Assembly: GCA_039621445.1 (NCBI GenBank) | Contig: CP154954.1 | Location: forward strand, 15,952,140 to 16,016,139 | Direction of reading: 5' to 3' | Length of the DNA stretch: 64,000 bases | From: Euglena gracilis | Lineage: Eukaryota | In this document: one piece after another, positions 38,745-54,266 of the stretch | How the letters are laid out: every line of letters begins with the position of its first letter | Position numbering within the stretch: position 1 is the first letter of the stretch | Translations under genes and position numbers: made by a program | The notes under the pieces: model-generated | Seen by the model: the letters and a program-made list of their open reading frames with translations, nothing else | The model's database searches: none | What the model was told of the DNA's origin: nothing

Positions 38745-41700
38745 AACACCCCGACGTCGTACCGCTTCAACGTCAGCGGGGTGGTGAACATCGTTCCTGC
38801 CAACTGTCAGGAAAGATATATGCATTTTTTCAACCCCCCCCATTGTCTGAAGCCACCGCAACGTAATTTGTTTTCACTTGCCCTGCTGAAGATCACTGTT
38901 GTCCATTTTCCAGTGCGCTCGGTTGCATTTGCGCCTAACCGATTTATTCATGTGCAATTTCTCAGCTGATGTTTTACAACCCCGTGCTGCTGCCCGTCAC
39001 ACACGGTGCAGACATATTCTGATATTATTTCTTCCTCACTGCAGCGTCTTTTAAGTCCAACCAATGACTAGTGTCCTGTTGGATGGGTTTCTCTTTATAT
39101 GTGTCCATTATACCCTCCAAAACGAGCTCAACGTTTTGGAAAAAATAAAATAATGCCATTTCTACCACAGCCAATCCAAGTCTTCGGAGTTGGTATGGTG
39201 TTCAGCTTTAACCTCGGCGCAGCTGGTGGGGTTACCATCTTTCCGAAACCTGGCGAAAGCGCTTTTCTTTGTGGAGAATGACAGAAACTTGAATGAGGAC
39301 CCGTTTTTCACTTGAGGTAAACATATCCCATGCGTACGTTGTCGCACTCTGTTTTTCAGCCATTTCAGCATTGCATCTCCAAATACCTGTTTTTCCTCGC
39401 AGAATGTCTGGGATTTCGCCATCTCAACCTTTCGTTATCCCAGCCAAAATAACTTTTTCTGTGCTGCAGCAGCTTTTTTGTTTGTGCAATGCACATTGCC
39501 AGCTTTTCATACCACAGGGGGAAAAAATCCTCTGCATTTACGTCCCCAAATACCTCGTCAATTTCTTCAATCAGCCAATTATTATTATTTTATAGTATTG
39601 GTCTGCGAACAAGTCGAACAGTTATGTCAGTACCGCTCGTGCATCCTTCATTTTCGCTTAATGTTTATATCCGTGCATTCCTACTCCAGCCCGATCCCGT
39701 CGTCTCCCCTGAGGCCACCCTAATTGTTTCCCTGCCTGTTTCCTTTGCAATGCCTGTTTCAGCATCCGTTTTCTTCCACCCTTGCTGCCTCATCCAACCC
39801 TGTAGCGTCCATGACCCTCTTCCCAGCCGTACCTGTTTCAGCACCAGCTGCCACCCCTCCCCTTCAGTTCCAGTCCATCCGTACCTGTCTCGGCATCAGC
39901 TGCCTCCCCCCCTCCAGTTCCACCCCATCAGTCTTCGGCCCAGCATCCGATGCCGAACCCCAATCACTCCCGTCACTCCGAAGGATCCTCCCCCTGGTCG
40001 TGTCCAGGTCCCTACATACCACCACCACCCTTGTGGCATGCCTCTCAGCAGCCGCTGCTTCCCGTCATCTATTTCCTCCAACCTGTCCGTTTCCCGTCCC
40101 ACGCAATCTGAACCGGTCATAGCCGAGCAAATGCCTTCTGGTGATTCGGTGTTCACAATTTCAGCCAGCACATCAGAGCTCGACACATTTCTGTAGGGCT
40201 GGATGGAAATTTCATATAAGTCAGTTCCGGGGGCACTCTCTGGACATCATCACATCTTATACCATTCTCCTGCCATCCGTGTGTTCTGATTTTTCCATTG
40301 CTCAATACATGTGTCTGCAATGCTCCATCCCCCTACAACAAACCAGGCGCCTCCGTGTCTTCTTCTCCAGCCGTGCCAGTGTCAGCTGCCCTCCCTCACC
40401 CTTCAATCAACCAGCCGAGTCCATGCCCCCTCCCTCGGCCGTACCTGTCTCAGCATCCGCTGCCTTCCTCCCTCTTCCTCAATCAGCCCAGACCATGTCC
40501 CCTTCCATGGCCAAGTCCGTGTCAGGAGCAGCTGCTTTCCTGCCGCTCCACACATCCACCCGGTTGTGTCCATGTCTTTTCCTCTGGTCAGGCCAAGTCG
40601 GCAACAACTGCCCTTCCTCTCCTCATCCAATGGGTTGTGTCCCTGTCCTCCATGCCAGTGTCAGTGTCAGTTCGCCAATCTTTTCCTCCAAATTGGCTCA
40701 TCCAACGCCCCCGTCAGCCTTGCTTTTCTATTCAGTGTCTGCGCCATACTTCGCATTGCAGCACAATATATCGCAGCCAGAATCAGCCCTGGAGTTTCAT
40801 GGTTCCCCCAGTGCCCTCCCCCCAATCAGTGTGGGATTAAGAAGGGATGATGGCCATCTAACATGAGTTATCGACCACGCTAATTTTATGCTGAACGTTG
40901 GTTGTCATAATGTTCATCGGATGCCCCTAGAAGTGTAAATAACACACATAAACACCTTTGCCAGATCACCAACCTCTCTAGCCCAGTTTGTCCAAAGCCC
41001 CCATGATTTAGCAACTGCAAAACTTGGTTCAGCACCAATCTGAGCAAAAAAGCCGATTATTGTGTACCATTAGGTATCATCCCTTTCCGCCGCATTCCCT
41101 ACCCCCCATTTTTTTTTTGTTCCCGGTGTGTAGCTTTAGTCGCACCTGCGGGCGGCAGGTCCAGTCTATATCTGCTCTGCAGCAGAAGATAACAATGTTC
41201 CCCACGTCCTCTGGATCCACCGTCGACCTGCCCTAGCTATGCTTGAATGTGTCGCAGTCATTTACCGGCAAAGGTGGGCATCCCCATCGCAACATGATAA
41301 CTAAGTGTGCAGGTGGTGAAGCTTCCTCTAAAACCTAGCGCTGAAGGTCCCATTTTTTGAGCAGTTTTGCAAAGGTCACTTTTTATCCCCTCCCGTGAAC
41401 CCCCATGTTCACAGGCGAGGAGAAGCCTATGCAAATTTTAGGAGTTGGATTTTGATGCACCATTTCCTGCGCTCCTCCCCCCCAGAAGTGGCTGAGTCAG
41501 CCATAGTCCCCACTCACCCCAACGTGGGAGGAGTGTTCTCTCTTTTCCATTGAATAATCCATGTGTCCCTCTGGCCTGCCAGGCCCAAGTCAGATACCCT
41601 CCCTCTCTCTCCGCAACAACCCAGCAGCCTCATAAATCCTTCCCCGGCCGTGCAATAGTCAACACCAGCTGCCCTCCCTCTCCTTTCAATCAATCAGCTG

Positions 41701-44700
41701 AGTCCATGTCCTCTTCCCCGGCTGTACCTGTGTCAGCACCAGCTGCCCCCCCCCTTAAACCAACCAGCCGAGTAGATGTCCCCCACCCCGGCCGTGCCCG
41801 TGACACCTTTAACTGCCCTCCCCCTCCCTTAACCAGCCCAATCCAAGTCCCCTCCCCAGGCCGAGCCCGTGTCAGCAGCAGCCGCCTTCCTCCATCCCTA
41901 CACAACCACCCAGTTGTGTCCATGTGCTCTTCCCTAGTCTGGCCCAGCCAGCGACAGCTGCCTTTCCCCTCCTCACCCAACGGGTTGTTTCCACGTCCTC
42001 CATGCCAGTGTTAGTATCAGTTGTCCGACCGTCCCCCAAATCGACCCACCCAATGTCTCCATCACAGTCACGCTTTTCTACTCCCGTGTCAGCACCATAT
42101 TTCGCATTGCAGCGCGTTGTGGTGCTGTTGAAACATCACAGCCAAGTTCATTCCTGGAGGTTCGTGGTTCTTCTTATTCCCCCCCCAATCAGCCTGGGTG
42201 AGCAAAAGATTCAGTAGGGATGACGGCAATGGCCATCAGCCGTGAGTTTATCGACCAAGCTAATTTGATGCTGACCAGCAGTTGTCATAACGATCAACGG
42301 AAATCCCTGGAGGTGTAAATATCACACATAAACGGATCACCAACTTCCCTAGCCCTGACTGTCCAAGGCCCCCATGATTTTTCAACCGGACAAGGATAAT
42401 TGTCCTCTTTTTCATTCCCTTCTCACAAGAGATTTTCCATCTGTCTCTCCGTGTCAAGCATCTCTTACCAGAAAATCTCACGCAACATATGTGATCCCAC
42501 ACATATAGCATAACACAGACCTTGAGATATTCCCATTTGCACTGCCCCCCTCCTGGAATCATAAAATCAGCAGGCTGACCAAATGTTGTATCGCCTGTTC
42601 AAAATTGGCGTTATTTTCAGCATTGTTTCTCATATTTTTATGGATAAATGCGAAGGTCTTGCCCGTATTTAATTTTATGTTTTCATCCAGCTTCTCTTCG
42701 AAAACTTCTCGCTTTTTAGCTGACAACTCGTTGGGAATTAATTCTAATCTTTTTTTTGACAAATTATACAATTCAGCTCAGATGCTGCAAATGATTAATC
42801 CAACCCCATATGTCCATGGGTGCAATACAACGACTTTGTTGCCCCCAAAATGTGCAGAGATACAGGTTGCTGCTGTTCACTCGTTATTTGGTTCAACAAA
42901 AACACGCAGTTATGGATTCGTGTCCGCGTCCCCTCATTTTTCTGTTTTGATTCAGCCGCCGTGTTGTTCCCCTCATGGCTATATTGACTGACTGAACCTC
43001 ATAAAAGTGGTGGTAAAATTTCAAAGGGTGGCTGCGCTATCCCTGAATCTCCGCATTGTTTGATTGTTCTGTGATGGTTGCACCTCTGCGCTCCATTGAA
43101 CCGCAGGGTCTCAACCACGGGTTTTTTGGCGCCCCAAAATCTGAACCTTGACCAGTTCATGTGACCATGTGGCCGAAGTTCTGGATTTTCTGTTCCAAAC
43201 CAGGGTAAAATTATTGCATAGGAAATCTGTCCATACGTCTAATTTAATACCCCCACCCGGTGCCCGGTTTACCCGACCGGTCAAAAAAAAAAAATCACCC
43301 AACTGGTCATTTTGCCAGGGTTTGGAACCCCCTCACTCCACGGCTTTATCATTTTGATAATGTGGGGTGATCTGAAGCGCCGGAGCGTCCGAATACCCAC
43401 TTTTTCACATAGTCGTGGCTAAAAATTTTGCTGGGCTTCCCTATGACGTTCCAGACGAGTTATCCCCAGGAGTTTATGACGAGTTTGTTGTCCAGATGGT
43501 TGAAGACAGGGCTAGGGCTGTACAGATTGAAAATTGAACACACGCAGAGCCACACATAGGTCCTTGGACTGCACACATTCTGATCCAACCCTCACAAATA
43601 ATGCGTTGTGTAATTGTCATTCGACTCAATGCAGGCAAGCCAATGCAAAGTGCTGTGAACTCCCAAAAGCTTTGTTTGTTTAGAAATGAACAAAAGGGGA
43701 AGCCATTTCCTGCCTTCCATTATTATTTTTATTCACTCTTCAACGTTTTATGGTGTCCCAATGCTTCTGGATGGCTCAAGTGGTTGGCAGCTGATTTGGA
43801 TTGGGGCCCCATCAACATCCGAACCATGACGTTCCAACGGTGTATTTTTTTTTAAATACCCACTAGTGATTAATGGTGTGCAACCCTAAATCCTGGTCTG
43901 AGCAAATAGCAGTTTTGATAAATGTCATTCTGGAAGACACGGAACCATAAGTGGCTGGTTTTTTTTTGTGAACCACTATACAGCAGCAAATCTGTATGCC
44001 CCCTTCATTATATCGCCCATCGGCACGGCTTTCCGGCATGCCTTTTGGTTATTAATGGAAATTTTCTCAGTTTCAGCCTCAGTCTCAGTTTTGAATGGCC
44101 ATAAGCTCACCATAAGCTCACCACCGAGTCACCGCTTTTCCGGCCATTGTTTTCCTAATCACATTTCCTCTACTGCCAGCTTTGACATAACCGAAGGAGG
44201 GGCAGGTGATGGAGAGTGCAAGAACGCAAGCTAGTTACAACTTTCAGAATACTAGTTGGTCATAAAGCAATGTCATTCAGGGGGAGCTCTCGTGACGTCT
44301 TTTCTCGCTTTGGTTATCTTGGGACAATGCTTATGTGGAACGGCATTGCAAATCCAGAAACATTATAGAAAAACCTCTCGGTTTTTTTCCTTTTGATGGA
44401 GGAAATTTCTATGTGGACATGAGCAAACCCTTCTTCCCACTCACCAGAAACGTGTAGAAATTTGATTACATCTCACTGTTGGCACTCACTGGTTTTCATG
44501 CCTGTGGCATTCACCTTTCCCATTGCAATCTGCACACAATCTAGCATATGAATATGAGAAAGGTCTTATAGGCTGTCATTTGTTAATTTTCGCTCCTCCC
44601 GTGTGTCTCTACATCCTAAGGAGAAGCAATTGTGAGGGTCCATGGATAGGTGCGTGGTGGGACAGTTATGGCCAGTAGGCTTTTGGTCGCGAAGGTTATT

Positions 44701-46938
44701 CCAGCATGCCGCAACGCCCACCCCTGCAGCTTCATGGTGCACCCGGCAGTCCTGCGCTCCAGGGTGCCGAGTGTGTTTCTGATTGGCCACACGTTCTTTT
44801 AGCTTTTCTCTGTCCCTGTCCGGCTGCCAGGGAGCTAACCTTGCCATCCATGTCCTCTCAACAGTGTCATGCACGAAGGGGATCCCATCCCTTTTGTCTC
44901 AACTAACAATTTACCACCTCTTTGTGCTTTTAGATTTTTGGCTCAATCCGGGCGGGCTGTTGCTGCAGAAGGCGGGATTGAAGGGGCGGTGGCACAGGAT
45001 GCCGACCGCTTTTACGTGCGGATTCCGGCCTCTTCATGGAATCAGCATGTTGCAGTAAACATTGGAATATTTCCCTTGGGTCAGGGTTTGATCGCTCACG
45101 AGGTCGGCCACTGGGCAGTACAGCATATTCTCTTAGGTTTATCTCCTGTTCATTCAGCAATTCTTTTTTTTTAATGCTCTCCTAGCATTATGCCATGGGG
45201 CACATCTATCCTCATGAATTTTAGTGGAGAAAAACCACATCCTCCAATCCGCCCAAATGATTTTTCCGGTGGAGACACACCACCCTCCAAACAGGATCAA
45301 GTCTGCTCGGAGTCTTCATGGCAGCATAATCATATTTGCCGCACCCGCCCTCCTGCTATCCCCGCCCATCATCCCACCAGCCGTACCTGTGTCTCCCCCA
45401 GTGTTGACCTCAGCCTCCCTTTCGTGACAATCCATCGGGTATCGAACCGTCATATCGTGGCTTTCTTTTTCCCCATCACGCCTCCTCCAACACGTGGTCT
45501 GGGGGTATTCCATCCTCCAGGACTTCCCCGCCCACCAGGATTTTGGTGGCACTCAAACAGTTTCGCCGCAGCTGGTGGCTTGGGTTTACAATCAGTTGCA
45601 ACTGAGAGCCAACACGCTTTCTGGTCCCCTGAGCCACTCCCATTGACACAAAGGGGTGCCTAGGACAGTGTATAAGCTTTTCTGTCCATTTAGGGTTAGC
45701 GGTACATCAACTTCTCCCTTCCCCTCTTTGTCTAGTGCATACATCCATCCCTGCAAGCCTGGGTACGGTTGGCTTTTCAAGACGTTACATTCCAAAAATG
45801 GCTCTCATGAGCGGCTTGGTTACCCCCTGCCGCCTGCTTTCCGTTCGTCCAACGGGAGGGTTTGTTGCACAGCAGTGTGTGAGTAGCCCTGTCAACCCCA
45901 TTTGAAATTTGAGGAAATTATTTGGGCACACTGATTAGAGCACTGTGCAGTCGCTTTATAAAAATGTCAGCGCATCAAACACCCAAATGTCTGTCTGGTA
46001 TGAGCGCCTTTTTGATACCCAGCTGACCTGACACACAATTAATTTGGGCAAGGCCAAAATGGGTTTTTTTTTGGTCAAAATCGCTTCAGAGCCCCGCCTT
46101 GCCTTGCGTGGTTCCATACTCATTTCACTTGCCAAGGCAGTGTGACCAAGCAAGTTTACCCTGCCCCAGTCGTTGATTGGCCACCCATTGAATGAGGGAG
46201 GGTCTACGCAGCCACCGATGGTTCAGAAATTGCTTGATTTGGACGGGCTTGCGGTGTAGACCACTCGGCGTTGTGCCTTGCATCCTCACCTCGTGGGGGT
46301 AGCGGAACGTTGCCTAAGATGCAGATGTTACAGAAAAATGGGCTGCAATTTATTGCAACGTTGCATGTAATTGCCCCGGTAAGAGCGGTTGAACGCTTGT
46401 GTACCGCTAGTTTCTCGAGTGCTGAGGGCTTTCCACGCCCTTTGCAAGGGCCATGTCCAGGTCTCCACTGGTTGCAGGGCCCCTCACATCATGCACATGC
46501 ACAGCCTGGGAAGCCGTCTTGGAAGAAAGCAATTAGTCAAGAGACTGTCATGCAGTTGCCGTGTGCATTTGGAATCACTTCATATGTTCTGCCCCCGCCT
46601 CGCTCTCTGCCCATCATGGTCCTGCACGGGGGAGGGGCACTCTGTCTCATCCGCGGCGCTGGGGGGATCCTGGACCAACGGCTCGCCCCGTCGCGGCAGC
46701 CTTGCTCCGGGCAGTTTGCCCAGCTCGCGTGGCAAGAATGAGGGGGGGGAACCCTGGCCCCGGCGCGGGGCCTGCCTTGGCGGGGACCCATCCATGGGTC
46801 TCCACTTGGCAGGGGTTGACGGCATCCATGTCCCTGCAGGCGGGGCCTGGTCGCCTCACTGCCATGGTGGACGGGGAGGGGCCACTCAGCGCATGCTGCG
46901 TGACCTCCCTGGCCTGGCCACCACACACACAAAAAAAA
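38745..46938 (-). mobile_element. Decayed Helitron-like element, copy 2, with internal duplication
   Basis: Same termini as copy 1 (caccccgacgtcgtaccgc... and ...cctggccaccacac(A)n). Remnants: GLPALSRMTIT (~43630), KLLGITRLERHREAQQNFSHDY (~43440), GQSGLGKLV (~42350), IVMTTAG, DEVFGDVN (~39550), TYAWDM (~39330). Confidence 0.68.
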
Positions 46939-48053
<1,115 letters not shown>

Positions 48054-49360
48054 TCAACATTTCTATGATATTTTAATGAAAAGAAGCCCTCTGTATTCTT
48101 GTGAATTCCAGATATCAATATTTTGGCTTTTTCCCCTCAAAAATATCTCCTAGTTGGAAAGGACAAAAAAATGAACATTATATGTAATGGATAAAATGTG
48201 CAAATTATTGAAGAATCGCCGAAATATCCAAGAATAGTTTTTTTGTTTAACATGAAACCCAATATACATTTTGTCCATCAAGTTTGTTTTTTTCTTGGTC
48301 AAAATTGTATTTTTTTTAAGCTGTCAGATATTTTTTTTTCTTGCCAATAATCGAATATGGTCGATGTTTTTCAAAAAAAATTTCCTTTTTTTTTCAGCAT
48401 GTATTTTTTACATTTAAAGGCCTAAATATGCTTGTAAAATCAGAGAAGAGAATTGATAATGAAAATAGTTAATTTGCACAAAACGGTAAAATTGCAAAAT
48501 TGTGCTTTTTGCCACACAAACCCTTTTGGAATCAAATGTTAAGTTAAGTTGTCTAAAATTATGTACCTCAATCGCAGTTTATTAAGTTTTTCTCCCAGAT
48601 GTGAAAAAAAAATGAAATATTTCCCTCGAAAATCAAATACTTGTCTAATAATTCAGGAAGCTTTTATTTTCAACGTTTTTAAACAGCAAAAGGGAGAAAA
48701 AGGAGCCAGAATAAAATATAATTTCTTCTATACATTTATTTGCAAGTTTTGAAAGTTATCGGTCATTTGTTTATGGGGCAAGGTAATGTGGGCGATGTTG
48801 GAAATTTTGTCTATAAATACCTTTTATGTTTCCCAATGTGTTTCCCTTTTTTTTTCCCTCCAAATTATATTGCCCCAACATATTTTTTTTTGTGTGCGAA
48901 AGTTTTGATTTGTCTGCATTTTGGTTTTTTATATTGTTTCTGAATTTTTCTTGATCCATCCGGGATGAAAATTAATGGAATGAGTGTTATAAGAACATGT
49001 ATTAAAAAAGAGGTTGTGTAATTTTGATGAAACAAATTTGTTTTTTTTGTGACGGGGAATTTGGAGGTTTTCCACCCTCTGAAGATAATATGACAGTTTC
49101 TCGAAAGAAAGCTGTGACAGTTTTTTTGCGAAGATAATTCAGAGTTCAAATTTTCATTGGTCGGTCCCATCCTTCTCCGGGCTTCTCATATATCCCTGAT
49201 CCGTGCTTGCAACTCTGGAATGCTTGGACCAGGCTCGTCTATTGGTTGCCGCACATTTTCACTATGTGGGTCGCCAGGTATCTGAAAGAAATGGATTAGA
49301 TTAATACTGACTTTTGTGAGGTGTCGGTGAATTCTCAAGAGCGTAACTAACTAAGAGTGT

Positions 49361-49584
49361 CCCCCCCCCCCCCCGGGCGCTTGGCCCGGGCCACGACAGA
49401 AGGCAAGGCCGGGGGGCCAACCTCAGGAGCCAAGTTTGCATGTTAAGGATTTCAGTGAGCCATGTGCAAAAGAGGACCAAAGCATTAATGGGGGGCCAAA
49501 TTGCAAGTTAAGGCTGAAGACCAATTTTAGGGGGGCCAAGTTTGCACGTAAGAAGGAGCGGACCCAAGCGCCCAGGGAGGGGGG
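49361..49584. mobile_element. Small MITE-like element with C-run/G-run termini
   Basis: C14-GGGCGCTTGG ... CCAAGCGCCCAGGGAGGGGGG; internal g.gccaa.tttgca repeats; TSD not evident. Confidence 0.6.
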
Positions 49585-52358
49585 AGTAAGTTTTCATGTT
49601 TAAAATTTCAGGAACATTCCACTGTACAATGCAATAAACAATTTCTGTTTTGGTAGTTTATTTTTCAATACATGTTTGTGGTTGGGACTCTAAACCCCGT
49701 CCATTATGGTTTCGCATTGTTGGAAGCAAATCTAGTCCGTTGTGAAAGCTTACGACTCCTTCCATCGTTGCTGGGCAGTCATGGTTCCACCATTCAGTGA
49801 CCTCCGTCTTTGACTGTGGTCTTTGTTGTTGGTGAACAGTCAGTGATGGCGTGCCATTTGTTCCTGCTTGCTGCTTGCTGCTTGCCGAGCAGCCAGTTAA
49901 ATTGTCCTGCAGGCACAGCCCCAACTGCCTGCCCTGTTTTGTGGCTGACCCTTTTTGGAAAGGCTTGCCGTTCGACATTTGGAGGGTTGGCAAATGCGAT
50001 TTAGGCGAGTTTGTCGATGTTGCATTTAAGTTTTTTGGTAGCTAGAATGAAATACAAATGCGCTTTTTTGAAAAAAACCAGGAGGCTTCGAGAATTGCAT
50101 TTTTTTTTCGACAACATTAAAATGCTCCGGTCACACTAAAAAAATATTTGAAGAAAGTGCCGCGGGTCTAAGTCGACCTCATCCCAGTTCCATCAGCGCA
50201 GCCTTGACCGCCGAGTTTCTGCTTCCTTGGTGCAAGGTCCCAAGTGTCTTGTCGCTGTTCCTCATTATTCTCCGGGCATTTGATCTCTTTCTGGTCACTT
50301 GGTTTGCAGCTGTTCACAAATAAATATTTCCCCCCATTTTTTTCTTGGCATCATTTTTTGGCCTCTTGGGCTTTTTGTGCTCTTCAAGGGATTCCCACCA
50401 GGTTTTCACTGGGTATTACATTGCAACCGACCAGGTTCTATTGTCTGAGCTATCAAGGTGGTTATCCTTGGAGAACTGCCCCCCTTATAACAGAGAGACG
50501 AACATTTTCTTGAACATGTTTGGGGGTTTGGCTTTCCAGTGTGTCAATCTTGGGGTTCAGATAGGGTTAGGGTCGCTGAGCTCTTGTCCCTTTATGAGTA
50601 ACATCGAAGCTTTCCAGGGGAACCCCCCCCCCGACACCCCGCCTCTTGGGCTACATAATTAGAACCCCCGTTTCCCGGTATGAACTGCCTCCCTCCCCAG
50701 GGAGTTGTCTTTTAGGGAAGCCTCCCACATGGTCCCAGGAGCCCTTAAAGTAATCCCAATGATCCAGAAATAACTCCCCAGGGTAACCAAGTTGTCAAAA
50801 GGACTCCATGGGAGAACTCAAGCCATGAGCAACGCCCTATCTAGTGGTACCTGACTTTCCCAGTAACCCCACCGCTGGCCAAAGTTACGCCCCCGTTTTT
50901 TGACATGTTTTTTTTTTGGCCTTTTTGGCCCGTTTTTGGCCAAAATGGGCAAAAAAACACAATGTTCAAAATATTCTGAAAATAGAGCAAAGTGAAAGAA
51001 AATGTTTAAAGTATCAAATGAAACCCTGAGAACTCCCTATCTTCCCGTTACGCCCCACCTGGTTCGAGATATGACCATTTTTCGACCAATGTTGGGCTGT
51101 TTTTGGGCCAAAAATCACAAAATATCTCGAAAATGCCTCAAAATCAAACAAAAAGTCCAGGAGCTCTTGAAGCCTGAAAATGCCTCATCTAGCGGTATTT
51201 GATTTCCCCACTCGGAACTCCAAAACTGTGCTGCCGGCTTTCGACTCTTTTTGGGTCGACGACTTTTCCAAAATTGCTCAAAAATGGTGGGGAATCAAAA
51301 GAAATGTCTTCCCTCGCAACTCCCCCCCTCCGGGGCTGGGCCGGGCTGCCCGGTCGCCGGGCCTGACACGCCAGATTGGCCGGGTCAGGCCAGGTCGATG
51401 TGCAGCTGGGCCGACGACCGGGCATGTTGCTTTTGGACACAAAGTGCTCAGCACAATCAAAATCTGGCAACGGCGGGTGAACCCAAATTTAAAATGGAGT
51501 GCGTTTTTGTTATGCAACGTAATATAAATATTTCTTGACATTTGTCTTTGTTGGTCCTGATCTTTTGAAGTTTTGTTTGTGCTGGTTGGCAGGTTTCGCC
51601 CATCGCCCTTTTGGATGGGGTAGGGTTTTAAGTAGTGGTTTTGTGCATTGCAAAGTGGGCCCAGGGACCCCCCCTCTTAGGCGGCCTAATTCGCATTTAA
51701 GCTTTTAACTTTTTATTTGCGCACTTGCGCAAATCCCCGAGTTTTTTGATTCCGGCGGTGAAGGTCTGGGGGGCGAGGAGACACGCCGGCAAGCAAGGGC
51801 AAAAACGAAACAATTTTTTTGGTTTTGGCGGAGAGACCCCTGGGACTTTGGCCGAAAATGTGATTTTAAGAGGTGTCCAAATAAATTTGGGGGCCAAACC
51901 CCCGGGAACCTGCCCGCCCACACTGAAAAAAGTGAAAAAAAACACCCGGGGACCGGGACCCTGCCCGCCCCTGTGAGTGTGCGGAGCCTTTTTTGGGGAA
52001 GCAGTCTCGCCGGCAGTGTGTTCCCTCCCGGTGCCTCGGAGTGTGCGTGTGTGTGTGTATTTTGACCCTTGGGACTTGGTAATTTTTGATTGGTAAGGAA
52101 AGCAGGGGAAAGGGTGACAGGGCTTTGGAAGGGGTGCGGGTTGATGGGTACGGTGTGCAGGGGGTAGAGGGAGGGAGGAGGGGTCTAGGGTGCAGAGGTG
52201 TGATGGTGCAGAGGGTGTGCAGGGGTGATGTGCGGCAGGCAGGGCGGTGGGGTCAGACACCCGCAGTTGTCAGTGGGGGCTTGGTTTACAATACATATTG
52301 GCTTGTGTGCAACCCAGGACTTTGACCTTGGTGTTTTTGTGAAGCACCAAAACAGACG

Positions 52359-52606
52359 ATTGATGTTGATGCGCGCAATTGCGCAAATAAAACGTACGAT
52401 GGTGTGCGTGCCAGTGTGTGAGAGGGGTGCCAGTGGAAGAACCAGATGGTTGAAAGAGATGGGGATGTGCAGACCACACAGAAAAAAAAGAAACTAGACA
52501 AACAAACCCCCGGCGGGCGGTGATACGCTTGTCGCCCGGAGGAGGGGCCGCCCACCAAACAACAAAGTGTGTGTTTTACTTGCGCAATTGCGCACATCAA
52601 CATCAA
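52359..52606. repeat. ~35-bp inverted repeat pair centred on GCGCAATTGCGCA
   Basis: ttgatgttgatgcgcgcaattgcgcaaataaaac vs gttttacttgcgcaattgcgcacatcaacatcaa. Confidence 0.8.
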
Positions 52607-52812
52607 CAGGTTTTTTATTTATTTAAAACAAATAATTCTGAGAGGGGACATACCATAGCCGAGAGGGGACTGAGAGGGTGAAACACTTGTGACAGAAACA
52701 TTTGCGCAAATGCACGCATCAAAAGTGTTTTATAAAAAAAAGAAATGGTGGAAACAGAATGCAGAGGGGAAGAGAACGTAAAAAAAATTAGGAGACAGGC
52801 CCACAGCCAGTC

Positions 52813-53950
52813 TCACTTCTTGTGCTTGGAGAGCCGCTTGGCGAGGCTCTCCTAGGCGGCCGCCGGCTTGCCGCCAGGCTTCGGCAGCCCGCGGAGGACG
52901 GTGCTCCTGGGCGCCGCAGCCGGGGCGGTGCGTGGCGGTGGCGGTGGCGGGGCCTCCTCCTCTTCGGACTCCTCCTCGTCGAAACTCCGCCTCCTCCGGC
53001 GCTGGTGCTGCGGCCGCCGCTGCCTGCGACGCCGCTGCCTCCGCCGCCGCTGCTGCCTCCGACGCCACCCTGGCTGTGGCCCCCTCGATCACCGGCTTCA
53101 TCCCCGGGTACTTCTTGGGGTCCAGGAGGTGCCAGGACTTCGGGCCCTTGAGGGCTTCACCGGGTCCGGGTGGACGGATCAGCCCGGCCGCCTTCCACCG
53201 GGTGTCCTCCTTGCCTTTGCCCTTGCCCTTCCCCTTCCCCTCCCCCTTCTTCTCCTCCACCTTCTTCTCCTTCCCCTTCTGGGGCTCTGGCTTCCTGTAC
53301 CCGGGGGTGATCTCCTCGATGGTGTCCTCCTCCTCTTCCTCTTCTGCCTCCCCTGCTGGGACTGCGGGAGCTTCGCTGGCGACACCTCCGGAGTAGTCAC
53401 TGCAGCTGTCCTCCGCCTTTGGGTGCCGGCTGGGCTGGCCCGTCGGCGGCAGCACGATGACGGGGCTGGCCTCCTCAGCCTGGCTGCCGGGCGGGGTCAG
53501 CTCCGGGGTCTCCCGGCCGGGTGCGGTCATCTCCACGTCACTGTCCACCGCCTCGGCCTCCTCCCGTCGGGCCTTGGGGGGCGGGGGCCTGCTGGGCTTC
53601 TTCTCCGCCTCCTTCTTCCGCCGCTTCTTCTTCCGGTCACCCCCCTCCTTCTGGTGCTGCTCCAGCTTCTGCAGGCGGCGCTCCTCCTGCCGCAGCTTTG
53701 TCTGGCGGCGCCGCTTCTCAGACTCCTTCGACCTCCGCGCCGTCTCCTCAGCCGTTAGGCGGAGGTTGTCCTGGAGGGCGGCGTTCTCCAGGGGGACCCA
53801 CAGGGGGTCCCCCCCTTCCAGGGCGGCCAGCAGCAGCGGCAGCATGGCGGAGGTGACGGGCCGGGGCAGCGTCACCGTGTTGCCCACGGTCTGGGTGACG
53901 TCCTCCAGGCTGCTGGCGGAGTCCTCCGCCACCACCAGCACCAGCACATT
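52813..53950 (-). pseudogene. GC-rich coding segment: coiled-coil, K/R-rich NLS-like and acidic low-complexity tail (probably the 3' part of the ParB-like gene)
   Basis: Long ORF with strong GC3 bias. A +1 frameshift near 52982 restores EFDEEESEEEEAPPPP, and there is an in-frame TAG near 52853. No clear acceptor upstream. Confidence 0.6.
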
Positions 53951-54266
53951 TGCAGCAATTGCGCAAATAAAACAGGACACTGTCATTCAATGCATCGGCA
54001 GACTGGCAGTGGGCTCACACCTGGGGGACCGACCGGTCCCAGCCGGCCTGCCGGTAGGCCGCCGCCAGCCGCACCGCCGGCACCGTGGAGATGTGCTTCC
54101 CCTTCACCAGGAGGTTGGCGAACTGGGGGATGGACAGCTCCTTCACTGCCAACTGGATGGCCTGCGCGTACCCGCCGGCAGCCCGTCGCAGGTGCACCGG
54201 GGTCATGGGGTGGAGGATGGTGGTGAGGTCGTATTTGCCCTGGCCACAGCCCTGCATTTGAACCTA

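Noticed and set aside
49150-50040. Possible minus-strand exon fragments (acceptor tttctttcag near 49285)
   Set aside because: Short, contain stops, and no recognisable domain.
50155-50225. Possible tRNA or tRNA-derived SINE on the minus strand
   Set aside because: No convincing B-box or cloverleaf can be built.
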